Positions 36,808 through 46,946 of a stretch of 64,000 bases of DNA are shown here, piece by piece (position 1 is the first letter of the stretch; each line of letters opens with the position of its first letter). This stretch comes from a virus, in IMG/VR virus record IMGVR_UViG_3300050821_016057, positions 35,862 to 99,861 of that record; one strand, given 5' to 3'. The notes below the pieces were generated by a model, which saw only the letters and a program-made list of their open reading frames with translations, was not told where the DNA came from and searched no databases. The position numbers and the translations under genes are program-made.

Positions 36808-38624
36808 TGGCGCAGCGGGAGTGGTTGGCGGACGAGACGCGGGTCCCGAGCGTGGGTGGCACCGCGTCGTGCACGGCCGAGGAGCAGCTGGACCTGGTGG
36901 ACGACCTGCTGCTGCGGGCGGCGGACGCCCGGGAGGACTTCCTGACATTCTTCGAGTTCGTGATGCGGGAGGAGATCACGAGCCGGCCGGTTAAGGCGGC
37001 CCCGCACCAGCGAGTGATCCTCAAGTTCGTCCAGGACCACGACCGGTGCGTGCTCATGCTGCCGGTCGGTCACTCGAAGAGCTTCGTGTTGGTCGCGTAC
37101 ACGCTCTGGAGCCTGGGTCGGAACCCGAGCCTCCGGGGCGCGATCGTCTCGGCCACGCAGGGGCAGGCCGAGAAGATGGTCCGGATGGTGCGCGACTACA
37201 TCGAGAGCTCGATGGAGCTGCACCTGGTGTTCCCGGGGCTGTCTCGGAGCCCCCGGTCGGGCGACCACTGGACGCAGACCGAGCTGGTGGTCGCCCGACC
37301 GGCCGGCATCCGCGACCCGTCGCTGATCGCGTTCGGGATGGACGGGGCGATCGGCGGCAGCCGGCTCAACTGGGTGATCGTCGACGACATGCTGAACGCC
37401 GAGAACACGCGCACCAAGGAGGCGCGCGAGAAGGTCGGCAAGTGGATCAAGACGTCGGTCGAGGACCGGATGGACCCGACGATGAGCAAGTTCGTGTTCA
37501 GCAACACGCCCTGGCACCCCGACGACCTGGTGATGCGGACGATCAAGGCGGGCTGGGCGACGCTGAAGATGAACGCGCGCGGGTTGATCTGGGTCCGGGA
37601 CGACGTCGAGCGCGTGCTGGCTTGGGAGCGGGAGAACGAGCGGCGGGCCGCCCTGGGCGAGTACGGGCTGGACTTCGAGCCGTGGGACTCGGACGAGCTG
37701 GTGCCGGCGGTCGAGTTGGACAAACCGAAGATGAACCCGGTCGACCTGGCCGCCACCCCGCTCGTGCTGGCCGCGCACGCGGGCGTGCCCGACGCCGAGA
37801 GGACGCTCTGGTCGGACCGGATCAACCACGTGCAGCTGGAGGCGATCCGTCGCCGGTCCGGCAACGCGCAGGCGTTCAACCAGTCGTACATGTGCGAGTG
37901 CATCCCGGAGACCAGCTGGTGCAAGGAGGAGTGGATCGAGGCGAGCAAGAGCTTGGCGCGCGAGCTTGGCCACCTCGGGATGACGAGCGCGTACCAGCAG
38001 GCGTACGTGAGCGCGATCGCGCGCAAGCTCGCCCGGCAGATGGGGTTCCCGCTGGACGGGCTGGGCGGGCCCTACCCGTGCTTCACCGGGCTCGACCCGG
38101 CGTTCACCAAGGAGGACAAGGGGGACGACAGCGCGTTCTTCACGTACTGCGCGCTGCCGACCGGGCACCGGCTGATCCTCGACATCGAGATCGGCAAGTG
38201 GGACGTGCCCACGCTGGTCGAGATGCTGATCAGGAAGTGGCGGGCGTTCAACTCGATCCTGACCGTCGAGAACAACGGGGCCCAGCGGGCGATCCGGCAG
38301 GTGGCGCTGCGCAAGCAGGTCACGCTGCCCGTGAAGGCGCTGGAGACGGGGCGGAACAAGAGCCACCCCGAGTACGGGATCGCGAGCGTGTTTGCCGAGG
38401 TGGAGAACGGGGCGTGGCTGATCCCCAACGACAAGTTCGGCCAGGTGCACCCGCACGTGCAGACCTGGGTCGACGGGCTGATGTTCTACCAGCCGAGTGC
38501 GCACACCGCGGACGCCCTGATGGCGATGTGGTTCGCGCGCGAGCAGGCCCGGAAGCTGGGCATGCTGGGGGGCGGGCAGAACGGGGCCGACCTGGCGGGC
38601 CTGGGCGGGTTCAACGACCGGTAG
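36807..38624 (+). CDS. terL: Terminase large subunit
   Basis: HQ motif, LPVGHSKS, IGGSRLNWVIVDD, NTPWHPDDL, GLDPA, VENNG, HTADALMA. Confidence 0.9.
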   Translation: MAQREWLADETRVPSVGGTASCTAEEQLDLVDDLLLRAADAREDFLTFFEFVMREEITSRPVKAAPHQRVILKFVQDHDRCVLMLPVGHSKSFVLVAYTLWSLGRNPSLRGAIVSATQGQAEKMVRMVRDYIESSMELHLVFPGLSRSPRSGDHWTQTELVVARPAGIRDPSLIAFGMDGAIGGSRLNWVIVDDMLNAENTRTKEAREKVGKWIKTSVEDRMDPTMSKFVFSNTPWHPDDLVMRTIKAGWATLKMNARGLIWVRDDVERVLAWERENERRAALGEYGLDFEPWDSDELVPAVELDKPKMNPVDLAATPLVLAAHAGVPDAERTLWSDRINHVQLEAIRRRSGNAQAFNQSYMCECIPETSWCKEEWIEASKSLARELGHLGMTSAYQQAYVSAIARKLARQMGFPLDGLGGPYPCFTGLDPAFTKEDKGDDSAFFTYCALPTGHRLILDIEIGKWDVPTLVEMLIRKWRAFNSILTVENNGAQRAIRQVALRKQVTLPVKALETGRNKSHPEYGIASVFAEVENGAWLIPNDKFGQVHPHVQTWVDGLMFYQPSAHTADALMAMWFAREQARKLGMLGGGQNGADLAGLGGFNDR

Positions 38625-38625
38625 G

Positions 38626-38635
38626 GCGGCATAAG
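38626..38635 (+). promoter_or_regulatory. GCGGCATAAG motif, leaderless ATG 38642
   Basis: 6 nt to ATG. Confidence 0.7.
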
Positions 38636-38641
38636 GTGTCC

Positions 38642-39432
38642 ATGACCGAGCTGGAGGACCTGAAGGTGGTGATGAGCGAGCGGGCGCTGGTCATGCTGGC
38701 GGCCGATCGGCGGCGGTGGCTGGCCGGGCGGGAGCTGGAGCGGGCCGACCTGGTCGTGGACGCGTACCCGTCCGGCTACCTGGTCCTCAAGGACCGGAGC
38801 CGGCCGTTCCCGTACATGCTGCGGGGCGCGCTGAAGGACGACGCGCTGGTCCAATACATCGTCCAGGGGGCGCGCCGGGTCCTGAAGGGGGCCGGCCCCG
38901 CCCCGGGTAGCATCTTCTCCGGCTCCTCGGTGACGAACGCGCGCGTCCTGACCGTCTATTACCGGGTGGCGTTCGCGTACGCGCCCGAGACCGAGTTCGC
39001 GGGCATCCGGGACGCGCCGGCCAGCGAGTGGGTGCACGACCACGAGAAGGTGCGGGAGTTCCTCCGGATGTCGCGGGGCGCCAAGTGAGCTGGGGCGAGG
39101 TGGTGGTGCTGAGCACCGGCATCGTCACCTGGGGGGTGGTGGCGGTGTTCCGCGGGGCGCTCAAGTTCGCGCAGGACCACCGGGCCCGCGAGGGGCGGCG
39201 CGCGCCCGAAGAGAGGTTCGAGAACCTGCCCGACGAGGACCCGCGGAGGGTGCGGCTGGCCAAGCTGATAGACGAGTGGCAGAAGGCCGAGATGGACCTG
39301 GCGCTGAGCTTCGACAACACGCCGTCCGGCGAGCTCAGGAACGCGCTGCGGTTCCGATTGGACGAGGTGCGGGAGACGCTGAAGGTGCTGCGGGATAAGC
39401 GGGACAACCCGGCCATGGGCCGCGAGTCCTGA
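38642..39432 (+). other. Two hypothetical CDS (38642-39088; 39085-39432 with N-terminal TM segment)
   Basis: Leaderless start and GTGA coupling. Confidence 0.6.
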
Positions 39433-39434
39433 AG

Positions 39435-39444
39435 GCGGCATAAG
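39435..39444 (+). promoter_or_regulatory. GCGGCATAAG motif, leaderless ATG 39453
   Basis: 8 nt to ATG. Confidence 0.7.
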
Positions 39445-39452
39445 GGGCCACA

Positions 39453-40166
39453 ATGGACGACGAGGCGCTGCGGAGGATGAAGAACAGGCACGTGGCCAAG
39501 GTCGACATCGCGGTCGTGCTGGGCCGGCTGGACGCGGGGGACCGGCTGCCCGTGATGCGCGAGCTGCTGGTGGAGATGGAGAAGGGGGTTGTTCGGATCG
39601 AGGCGCCGCGGGGGCCCGCCACCAGGAAGGGGGGCGGGATCGGGGAGGTGCTGCCGCTGATCGTGGGGGCGGGTCGGCCGATCGGTGCCGAGGAGATCCG
39701 GAGGACGTCCGGCCTGCACCTCGACACGGTGCGATCCTACCTGAGCAAGCTGACCAGCCAGGGCCTGATCGCCCGCGTCAGTCACGGGCTGTACCAGTCG
39801 CTCCCAAACCCGGGTTTGGGGGGCCGACCGTCGGGGCAGGACCCCGCCGAGGCCCCGCCGCCCGCCGACGTTGGCCCAGGACGCGCCCCGGGAGCCGCCC
39901 CCGCCCAACCCCCAACCCGGGAGTGGGGGAACGTCCTGGGGGCGGCCCGGCTGGTTAGCGGGTCGGCGGTGGATGAGGCGTTGCCCGACCTCGGCAACAT
40001 CGAGCTCACCAAGCTCCTCAACGACGCGGCGCTCGTGCGCGACTTCCGGGATGTGCCGGTAGGCGAGGTGCCTGGCGGGTGGAAGGCGCCCGAGCCGGTC
40101 GTCTACGAGCCGGGCAAGCCGCTCCCCAAGGAAGCCAAGGACCCGCGGCCAGGGGGGAAGTGGTGA
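39453..40166 (+). CDS. Winged-helix DNA-binding protein
   Basis: PIGAEEIRRTSGLHLDTVRSYLSKLTSQGLIARVSHGLY. Confidence 0.75.
   Translation: MDDEALRRMKNRHVAKVDIAVVLGRLDAGDRLPVMRELLVEMEKGVVRIEAPRGPATRKGGGIGEVLPLIVGAGRPIGAEEIRRTSGLHLDTVRSYLSKLTSQGLIARVSHGLYQSLPNPGLGGRPSGQDPAEAPPPADVGPGRAPGAAPAQPPTREWGNVLGAARLVSGSAVDEALPDLGNIELTKLLNDAALVRDFRDVPVGEVPGGWKAPEPVVYEPGKPLPKEAKDPRPGGKW
39803..39820. repeat. 18-bp palindrome copy 10 (intragenic, just after the wHTH)
   Basis: Exact match. Confidence 0.95.
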
Positions 40167-40665
40167 GCGAGGAGCTGACCTATGACCCGAGCGTCGACAT
40201 CACGGCGGGGGAGATCCGCGCCATGGGGTGGCCGGTGCCCGAGGACATCCCCGACTGCGCGCACACCCCGAGGAGCTCGCTCCGGTGGAAGAGCGGCGGG
40301 GCCAAGATGGACGAGAGCGACCCCGGGAAGATCGTTTTCAGCCTGGGGCTGGAGTTCACGATGCCGTTCCAATGGATATCGATCACCGCGACGATCGACG
40401 ACAACGCGACGATCGACGAGGTGGTCGAGTGAGTACCCAGCGCGAGCAGGCCAGGCGCGCCCTGCAGGCGCTGAGGAGCGTGGTGCCGGTCGTGGAGAGC
40501 CAGGCGGCGCTGCTCACCGGCGCGCTCGAGGACGCGAGCCCGTCGTTCGCCGAGTGGGACGGGAGCCTGTCGGCGGACGAGTACCGGGCGCTCACCGACA
40601 TCGAGGACGCGGTGCGGGCGCTCGGGAAGGTGATCGACCGGTACGTGCGCGACTTCCCGAAGTGA

Positions 40666-40675
40666 GCGGCATAAG
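40666..40675 (+). promoter_or_regulatory. GCGGCATAAG motif, leaderless ATG 40682
   Basis: 6 nt to ATG. Confidence 0.7.
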
Positions 40676-41050
40676 GGGGGCATGAGCGATCGGGAGAACG
40701 TTTACGCGACCGGGGCCCGGCCCCAAGACCTGCGCACATTCACCAACGAGGAGCTGGAGCGGATGCTACCCGAGGCCGGGCTGAGCAACCCGTACCCGCT
40801 GGAGTGGATCGAGGAGGAGCTTCGGCTTCGCGCCCAGCGGGTGTCCCGGTGAGGGCGGGGGAGCTGAGGTGGCCCACCTGGGCGGTGGCCACGTGGGGGG
40901 CGTTCTGCGCGCTGACCGGGATGCTGGTCGAGCGGTCGCTGAAGACGCCCACCCACGCCATCTGGTGCCCGGAGCCGGCGTGCCCGCCCCCGCCGAGCGC
41001 CAGCCAGGCGTTCGACCTGAGCGGTGGGCGGGACTGGCGGGGCCGGTAGG

Positions 41051-41068
41051 CCCAAACCCGGGTTTGGG
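41051..41068. repeat. 18-bp palindrome copy 11
   Basis: Exact match. Confidence 0.95.
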
Positions 41069-41071
41069 TGG

Positions 41072-41081
41072 GCGGTATAAG
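41072..41081 (+). promoter_or_regulatory. GCGGTATAAG motif variant, leaderless ATG 41089
   Basis: 7 nt to ATG. Confidence 0.7.
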
Positions 41082-41447
41082 GGCGGGCATGGACATTCTC
41101 ACGCAGGACGACATGGACGCGCGCATCTCCTCGGCCCGGCCGCTCTCGGCGACGGGACCCCGCCCGCTACCGCCGGCGACCCCGAGCCCCGAGGGCCTCT
41201 GGAACATCGAGTGCCCGTGGGAGCCGGGCACGTTCGTATCGGTCATGTGGGCCCGGCTGTACGCGGCGCAGCTGCTCCAGCGGGTGGCGGAGTCGGAGAA
41301 GCGGAACTTGCAGCGGGAGTTCAAGCGCGAGCAGGAGCGGAACAAGGAGACCACCCACCAGTACACCACGGTCTCCGACGAGTGTTTCGTCCTGCGGGGC
41401 GAGGTGGCCGCGCTGAAGAGGCGCCTCCAAAACAAGCGGGCGAAGCG

Positions 41448-42062
41448 ATGAGCGCCACCACCAGGAAGCGGGCTGACGGTAGCGAGTACGCCCGGGAGGC
41501 TGAGGACTACTACCGGACGCCCGCCTGGGCGGTCCGGGTCATCCACCCGTACTTGCCGCCGGACAGCGACAACCTCAGCGTTCTTGACGCGGGTGCGGGT
41601 GACGGGGCGATCGCGGACGCGCTCCCGTACGGACTGCGGACGCTTTGCTCGGAGCAGAACGCCCACAAGCGGGAGGCGCTGTGCGAGAAGGGTTACAACC
41701 TCGTCGGTTGGGAGGGGGAGGCTGATTTCTTCAGCACGTGTACGTGCTTCGACCTCGTCGTCATGAACCCACCCTACGCGCAGGCGATGGAGTTTGTCCG
41801 GCACGCCATCAAGATCACCGAGGAGGAGAACGGGATGGTGGCGGCGCTGCTCAGGCTCCCGTGGCTGGCCAGTCAGGTGCGAGCCTCGTTCCACCGGGCG
41901 CATCCGGCACAAGTGCTGGTGCTACCTCGTCGCCCGAGCTTCACCAAGGACGGTAAGACCGACGCGACCGACTACGCGTGGTTCTGCTGGGGGAACAACT
42001 CGGGGGCTCGGCGACCCACCTTGGCTGGCACGTGGGAGATCCTCGAAGTGGAGGGCAAGTGA
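41448..42062 (+). CDS. Small N6-adenine (amino) DNA methyltransferase
   Basis: DYYRTP, LDAGAGDG, MNPPY, RRPSF...TD..DYAWF.W. Confidence 0.85.
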   Translation: MSATTRKRADGSEYAREAEDYYRTPAWAVRVIHPYLPPDSDNLSVLDAGAGDGAIADALPYGLRTLCSEQNAHKREALCEKGYNLVGWEGEADFFSTCTCFDLVVMNPPYAQAMEFVRHAIKITEEENGMVAALLRLPWLASQVRASFHRAHPAQVLVLPRRPSFTKDGKTDATDYAWFCWGNNSGARRPTLAGTWEILEVEGK

Positions 42063-42778
42063 GCAACGATAACGATTGCGAACCGGATTGTTGGGAACCG
42101 GGGTTTCAGGTCCTAGAACCCGGGAACCACTGCGGACCGCCAAACATGTGGGCTGTCATGGAGGCCGAGTGCGCGGAGGTCTGCTACGCACACAACAAGA
42201 AGGCCGCGCAAGCCATCGCGGACGCGCTCAACCGAGAGTGGGACGACGAGGAGAAGCACCCGTGATGCCCGATGAGAAGTTCTGGCCGGTCGTCCTGGCG
42301 ATCGCGGTGGCGGTCGGGTTTGGCGGGTGGTGGTGCGCCGCCTACTCGGAATGCGACCGGCGCGGCGGGGCGTTCGTCGACGCGGTGTACACCTACGAGT
42401 GCGTGGAACGGCGATGATTGTACGGATCCCGAAGGACCTGGAGGAGTGGATCAAGAAGGTGCAGCGGGACATGCAGGAGCGGTGCTGCATGACCGAGCCG
42501 CTGCCCGTCGCGTACCTGGCGGTCGAGATGCTCCGGCGCGGGCTGGCTGACATGGAGAAGCTGTCGCGATGATCATCAAGCTGACAGCGCCGGCCGCGCC
42601 CGGCGGGCACATCTGGATGAACATCCGCTTCATCGCGATGGTGGAGCGCGACCATGGGAACGGGTCGGAGGGGTCGATCGTGACGATGGCCTCGGGCCAG
42701 GGGGTGGTCGTCCGAGAGAGGGTCGAGGAGGTGCTGGCCAAGGTGCCGCCGGCCGGTCACCACGTGCCCGGCGGGTGA
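42059..42778 (+). other. Four small hypothetical CDS (42059-42265, 42265-42417, 42414-42572, 42569-42778)
   Basis: Coupled starts/stops. Confidence 0.55.
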
Positions 42779-42866
42779 CGGGCTGCCCGAAGTAGCGCGT
42801 CGGTCGGGAGCGCGTGTACCTTGGGCGGGCGCCGGACGACCGGCCTCCACCCGAAGGGAACCGACC

Positions 42867-43511
42867 ATGACGACGCAAGTGCTCCTCGCCACCACCACCA
42901 TCACCTACCAGGGTCAGGCGCTCGTCGTGCAGGCGGGCGAGAACGTGTCCGACACGTCCATCCAGGCCGAGCTGACCGCGGCGGGCGCGACGTTCGCCCC
43001 GACCGGCGACGCCAACGTGGCGGCCGCCCAGCTGGTCGTGCAGAAGCTGCGCAGCCACGGGGCGAACGAGCAGACGTGCACCAACGTGATGGCGGCGGCG
43101 GCCGCCCAGACCGCGTACGCGGCGGCGCCCGTGCACGTGACGATCGACATCCCGCTGGCGACCATCCAGGCGCAGACGAGCGGCACCGCGTTCAACGTGG
43201 GGTCGGCGCTGCCCGCGAACGCCAAGCTGCTCTCGGCGGACATCAACGTGCTGACCGCGCTGTCGGGCGGCAGCGCCGCGTCGGCGGTCGCCACCCTGCA
43301 GGGCGGGTCGGACAGCGCGGGGAGCATCATCGCCTCGACCACCGTGTTCACCGGGGCGGCCACCCCGATTGCGACGCCGGGCAGCAACCCGTACACGGCG
43401 CGCGGCGGGCAGCAGCTCAAGATGACCATCACCGGGGACGGCACGCACGCGCTGTCCACGCTGACGGCCGGCCACCTGAGCGTCGACGTGGTCTACAGCG
43501 TCCTCGCCTGA
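42867..43511 (+). CDS. Putative virion structural/decoration protein
   Basis: Ala/Thr/Gly-rich; N-terminal domain paralogous to 54463-55146. Confidence 0.6.
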   Translation: MTTQVLLATTTITYQGQALVVQAGENVSDTSIQAELTAAGATFAPTGDANVAAAQLVVQKLRSHGANEQTCTNVMAAAAAQTAYAAAPVHVTIDIPLATIQAQTSGTAFNVGSALPANAKLLSADINVLTALSGGSAASAVATLQGGSDSAGSIIASTTVFTGAATPIATPGSNPYTARGGQQLKMTITGDGTHALSTLTAGHLSVDVVYSVLA

Positions 43512-43513
43512 GC

Positions 43514-43523
43514 GCGGCATAAG
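43514..43523 (+). promoter_or_regulatory. GCGGCATAAG motif
   Basis: Exact motif after the stop codon. Confidence 0.7.
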
Positions 43524-43561
43524 GGTCCTCGGGTGGCGAGCGGCCGCCCGAGGAGGACGCG

Positions 43562-44228
43562 ATGCCGAGAGCGAACGGTTTGACCGTGGGGAGCCTGAGG
43601 GCGCTGATCAAGGACGTGAGGGACGACACGGTCGTGCTGGTGCCGGCGCCCGACCACTCGTACGAGCGGGCCACCGCGAGTCTCCGCGAGGTGGCGCACG
43701 AGGGGACCAACCGGTACGCGGAGGTGGACCCGGCGGGCGGGCCGGTGTCGGTGACCGCGCTGGTGATCTCGTGAACGCGTGGCTGACGGTCGGGCAGCTC
43801 CGGGAGGCGCTGACCCGGCTGGGCACGGCGGACGTGCCGGACGACGCGCTCGTGGTGACGGACGACGGCGGGGGGTTGCTGGACGTGCGGGTGGGGGTGG
43901 AGGTGGTGGTGGTGGTGGAGGCGGCGAGGTTGTGCGACGCGACCGTGCTGGTGCCGTGCAACGGTTCGGTGGACGTGCCGGCGGGCAGCCGGGTCGTGAA
44001 GGTGCTGGTGATCCGGTGAACATCAAGCAGGTGCTGGGTCGGTTGGTGCAGCTCCGGTACGAGGGGGTGCCGGAGGACGCGGAGGTGGTGATCGAGACGG
44101 TCCGCGGTTCCGAGACGGTTGCCGAGGTCAACGCGACCTGTAGGCACGACAAGAAGCGGCTCACCGTGGTCGTCCAGTCCAGGGAGCTGATCGACGACCT
44201 GGGGCGGCCGAGGAAGGTGATTCGATGA
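43562..44228 (+). other. Three related small CDS (43562-43774, 43771-44019, 44016-44228)
   Basis: Shared LTVG.LR..L....vpDDa.V pattern. Confidence 0.6.
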
Positions 44229-44818
44229 CGACGGTGGCGTGGGACGGCAAGACGCTGGCGACGGACAGCCAGGGGACGACCGAGGCCGGGTTCAAGTCCC
44301 GGATGACCAAGTTGTTCGTGAGCGCGGACAAGAAGCGGGCGTTCGCGGGAACGGGGAGCCGGGCCGAGATCCACGAGCTTCAGGACTGGCTGATCCGGAT
44401 GAACCGCGACTCCGACAACCGTCCCACCCTAACGGATGACGCCACCCACGGGATCTACGTGGACGAGTACGGGGCGTACTACGTGGAGGGCAAGCGTCCG
44501 GTGCTGATCCCGGTCGAGGACACGGTGACCGGGGTGGGGTCCGGGCGCAACATGGCCATCGCGGCGTTGAGGTGCGGGAGGACGGCCGAGCAGGCGGTAT
44601 TGTTGGCCGAGGAGTTCGACGCGTGGTCGTCGGGTCCCGTGCAGACCTGGGAGGCGCCCGAGAGCGAGGTATTCGGGCCCATCAAAGTCGAGACCAAACC
44701 GGCCCCCGACCCCGACACGGGCGAGCACGACCCGTGGTGCGCCGAGTTCGACCCGACGGCGGGCCCGATCGAGTACCGGGACCTCCAGGCGATCGAGGAC
44801 GCGGGGTGGGTCCGATGA
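44225..44818 (+). CDS. Ntn-hydrolase, proteasome beta/HslV-like peptidase
   Basis: M-T1 start TTVAWDGKTLATDSQ, conserved K, FAGTG, GSG..A.AA...G.TA.QAV..A...D..SSG. Confidence 0.8.
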   Translation: MTTVAWDGKTLATDSQGTTEAGFKSRMTKLFVSADKKRAFAGTGSRAEIHELQDWLIRMNRDSDNRPTLTDDATHGIYVDEYGAYYVEGKRPVLIPVEDTVTGVGSGRNMAIAALRCGRTAEQAVLLAEEFDAWSSGPVQTWEAPESEVFGPIKVETKPAPDPDTGEHDPWCAEFDPTAGPIEYRDLQAIEDAGWVR

Positions 44819-45395
44819 TCGACATCACTTACCGCGGGGCGGCGTTCGAGCAGGCCTACCGGGACCTGGAGGATAGGATCAAGTTCAACCACCACAACGC
44901 CGCCATGCACGCGCGGAGTGGCGACCTGGAGGGGCAGCTCGAGTCGGCGAGGAGCATGGCGCGCGCGGAGGCGTACGAGCTGGCGCTGTGGAACCTGAAG
45001 CGAATCGCGAAGGAGCACGGGTTCGGCTAGCCTGCCAGGCATGGCCCTGGACCCGTGCAGCACCGCCCAGCTCGTCGCGTGGCTGACCGAGCGGGCCGAC
45101 GACCGGCAGTTCGTCCTGGAGAGCGCGGACACGTTCTGGAGGCTGGCGCCCGGCAGGTTCCCGGCCGCGCTGTCGCTGGCCCCGGCGGCGGGCGAGCGGG
45201 CGCTGATGGTCGCGTACGCGATGCTCTACCGCCGGCAGACGTTCCGGGGCTGCATGGTGGTGGGGCGCGCCTACCTGACGATCGCGCAGGGGCTGCTCGC
45301 CCAGGACGCGCGGTTCCAGGTCCAGCTGTACGACCTGCGCAACCCCGTGACCCCGTACACGCCGGGCGGCCGCGGGGTGGTGGGCGGCCCGTGAG

Positions 45396-45413
45396 CCCAA
45401 ACCCGGGTTTGGG
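45396..45413. repeat. 18-bp palindrome copy 12
   Basis: Exact match. Confidence 0.95.
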
Positions 45414-45416
45414 TGG

Positions 45417-45426
45417 GCGGCATAAG
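45417..45426 (+). promoter_or_regulatory. GCGGCATAAG motif, leaderless ATG 45433
   Basis: 6 nt to ATG. Confidence 0.7.
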
Positions 45427-46684
45427 GGGGGGATGGTGATCTTCTGGACGGGCGTGGGGGTGGGGACGGTGTCGACGCTGCTGGTGGGGCTGTTCCTGTC
45501 GGCGGCCAGGGGGGCGTGGGCGGACCGGCCGAGCCGGCGGTCCCTGACCTACCGGGGTAAGCTGTGGGAAGACCGAGGAGACGACCGATGAACGGACTAT
45601 GCGAGCACAACCAGAACCCTAGGACGTGCCTGACCTGCTTCCGGAAGCCGAAGGTGAACCAGCAGCAGGCCCAGGCCCCCCAGCAGGGGCCGGACGTGCC
45701 CAGGAACGCGCTGGGGGCGCCGGTCGTGCGCGGGTACGGGGCCAAGCCGCCCCTGCGCACCGGGGACCGCACGGGGAGCAATGTCGGCCAGCCCGGCAAG
45801 AGCCAGCCCGAAGTCTCGGAGGCCGAGCGGGAGGCGTACCGGTACCCGCAGGGACGCCCCGCGTTCCAGCCTGGCGCGCTCGTCACCCAGCCGGTCGCGC
45901 ACACGACCGAGAGCCCGGGCACGTACGACCGGGACGGGCTGTGGCAGCCGGCCGAGAAGCCGCAGCTGATGGACCAGCTGCCCAGCCACCCGAAAGCGCC
46001 CCCTCCCCGATGAAACAGCCCCGGTATCACGTGCACGGTGCCGCTTATCACTTTGAACTTCTGCCGTACGAGGCTCGGGAGTTGAACGAGGATGGCACCA
46101 CTTCAAGGGAGCTGCCTTCGGCCAAGTTCAGTACCCCTAAGCAGATCGGGGCGATGGTGGCGGCGCTGGTCGAGCAGGCGCACGTCTCGCAGGTGCTGTT
46201 CACTCGGCATGGTTGCTGGGCTTACGTGGGTGTCCCAGACGACCCAGAGATGACGGTTCGGGACCACCTGAGGGCGCTCCAGAAGGTGGTCACCGACGCG
46301 TGGGAGGCGGCCAAGTAGTGATGCCCGCGGTCGTGACCCGGCGAATGATGCCGCCGTGGGAGCTGTTCAAGGCGCACCTGAGGCGGGCCAGCCGCCCCCA
46401 CCTGGAGCGGCTGGCGGCCTGGCTGGGGATGCGGGACGCCCCCGCGTGGAGCGACCGGGCGCTGGTCAGGCGGGTGCGCCGGGTGACCCGGAGGGACCAG
46501 CGGCCCAGGCGAGTCATCCAGGAGCGCCACCTCAGGGAGGCCAGGCCCGAGGACCTGCGGCGGCTGGCCGACTACCTGGGGATCAGCGCTGCCGGGTGGA
46601 GCCCCGAGTCGATCGTGCAGCTCACGTGGGAGAAGGTGGACGCGCGCGCCGGTCAGGATAACGTGGGTCCGGAGGAGCAAGACG

Positions 46685-46936
46685 ATGGCTGACTACCAGA
46701 AGGCGTGCAGCGCGGCCGACGCCGCGACCGAGAAGGCGAACGGGAGCAAGCAGAAGGGCGACCACGACGCGGCCGCCAGGGCGCACCGGGCGGCTGCCAG
46801 CGCGCTGTTCGCCTCGGGCAAGCCCGACGAGGCCAAGACGCACTCGGCCAAGGCGAAGGCGCACGCCGCGAAGGGCGGGGGGTCGGCGCCGGGCGCGGGC
46901 CTGGCCGCCTGGGCGAAGAAGGGCAAGAAGAAGTAG
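46685..46936 (+). CDS. Small Ala/Lys/His-rich protein (GLAAWA motif)
   Basis: GGAGG RBS; similar to 19742. Confidence 0.65.
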   Translation: MADYQKACSAADAATEKANGSKQKGDHDAAARAHRAAASALFASGKPDEAKTHSAKAKAHAAKGGGSAPGAGLAAWAKKGKKK

Positions 46937-46946
46937 GCTTCCCGTC

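Larger units (their letters stand above)
40163..41451 (+). other. Run of small hypothetical CDS (40163-40432, 40429-40665, 40682-40852, 40849-41049, 41089-41451)
   Basis: Coupled or leaderless starts; 40682-40852 (56 aa) is not in the ORF track. Confidence 0.6.
44815..46692 (+). other. Run of hypothetical CDS (44815-45030, 45041-45394, 45433-45591, 45588-46013, 46010-46318, 46321-46692)
   Basis: Coupled or leaderless starts. Confidence 0.55.
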
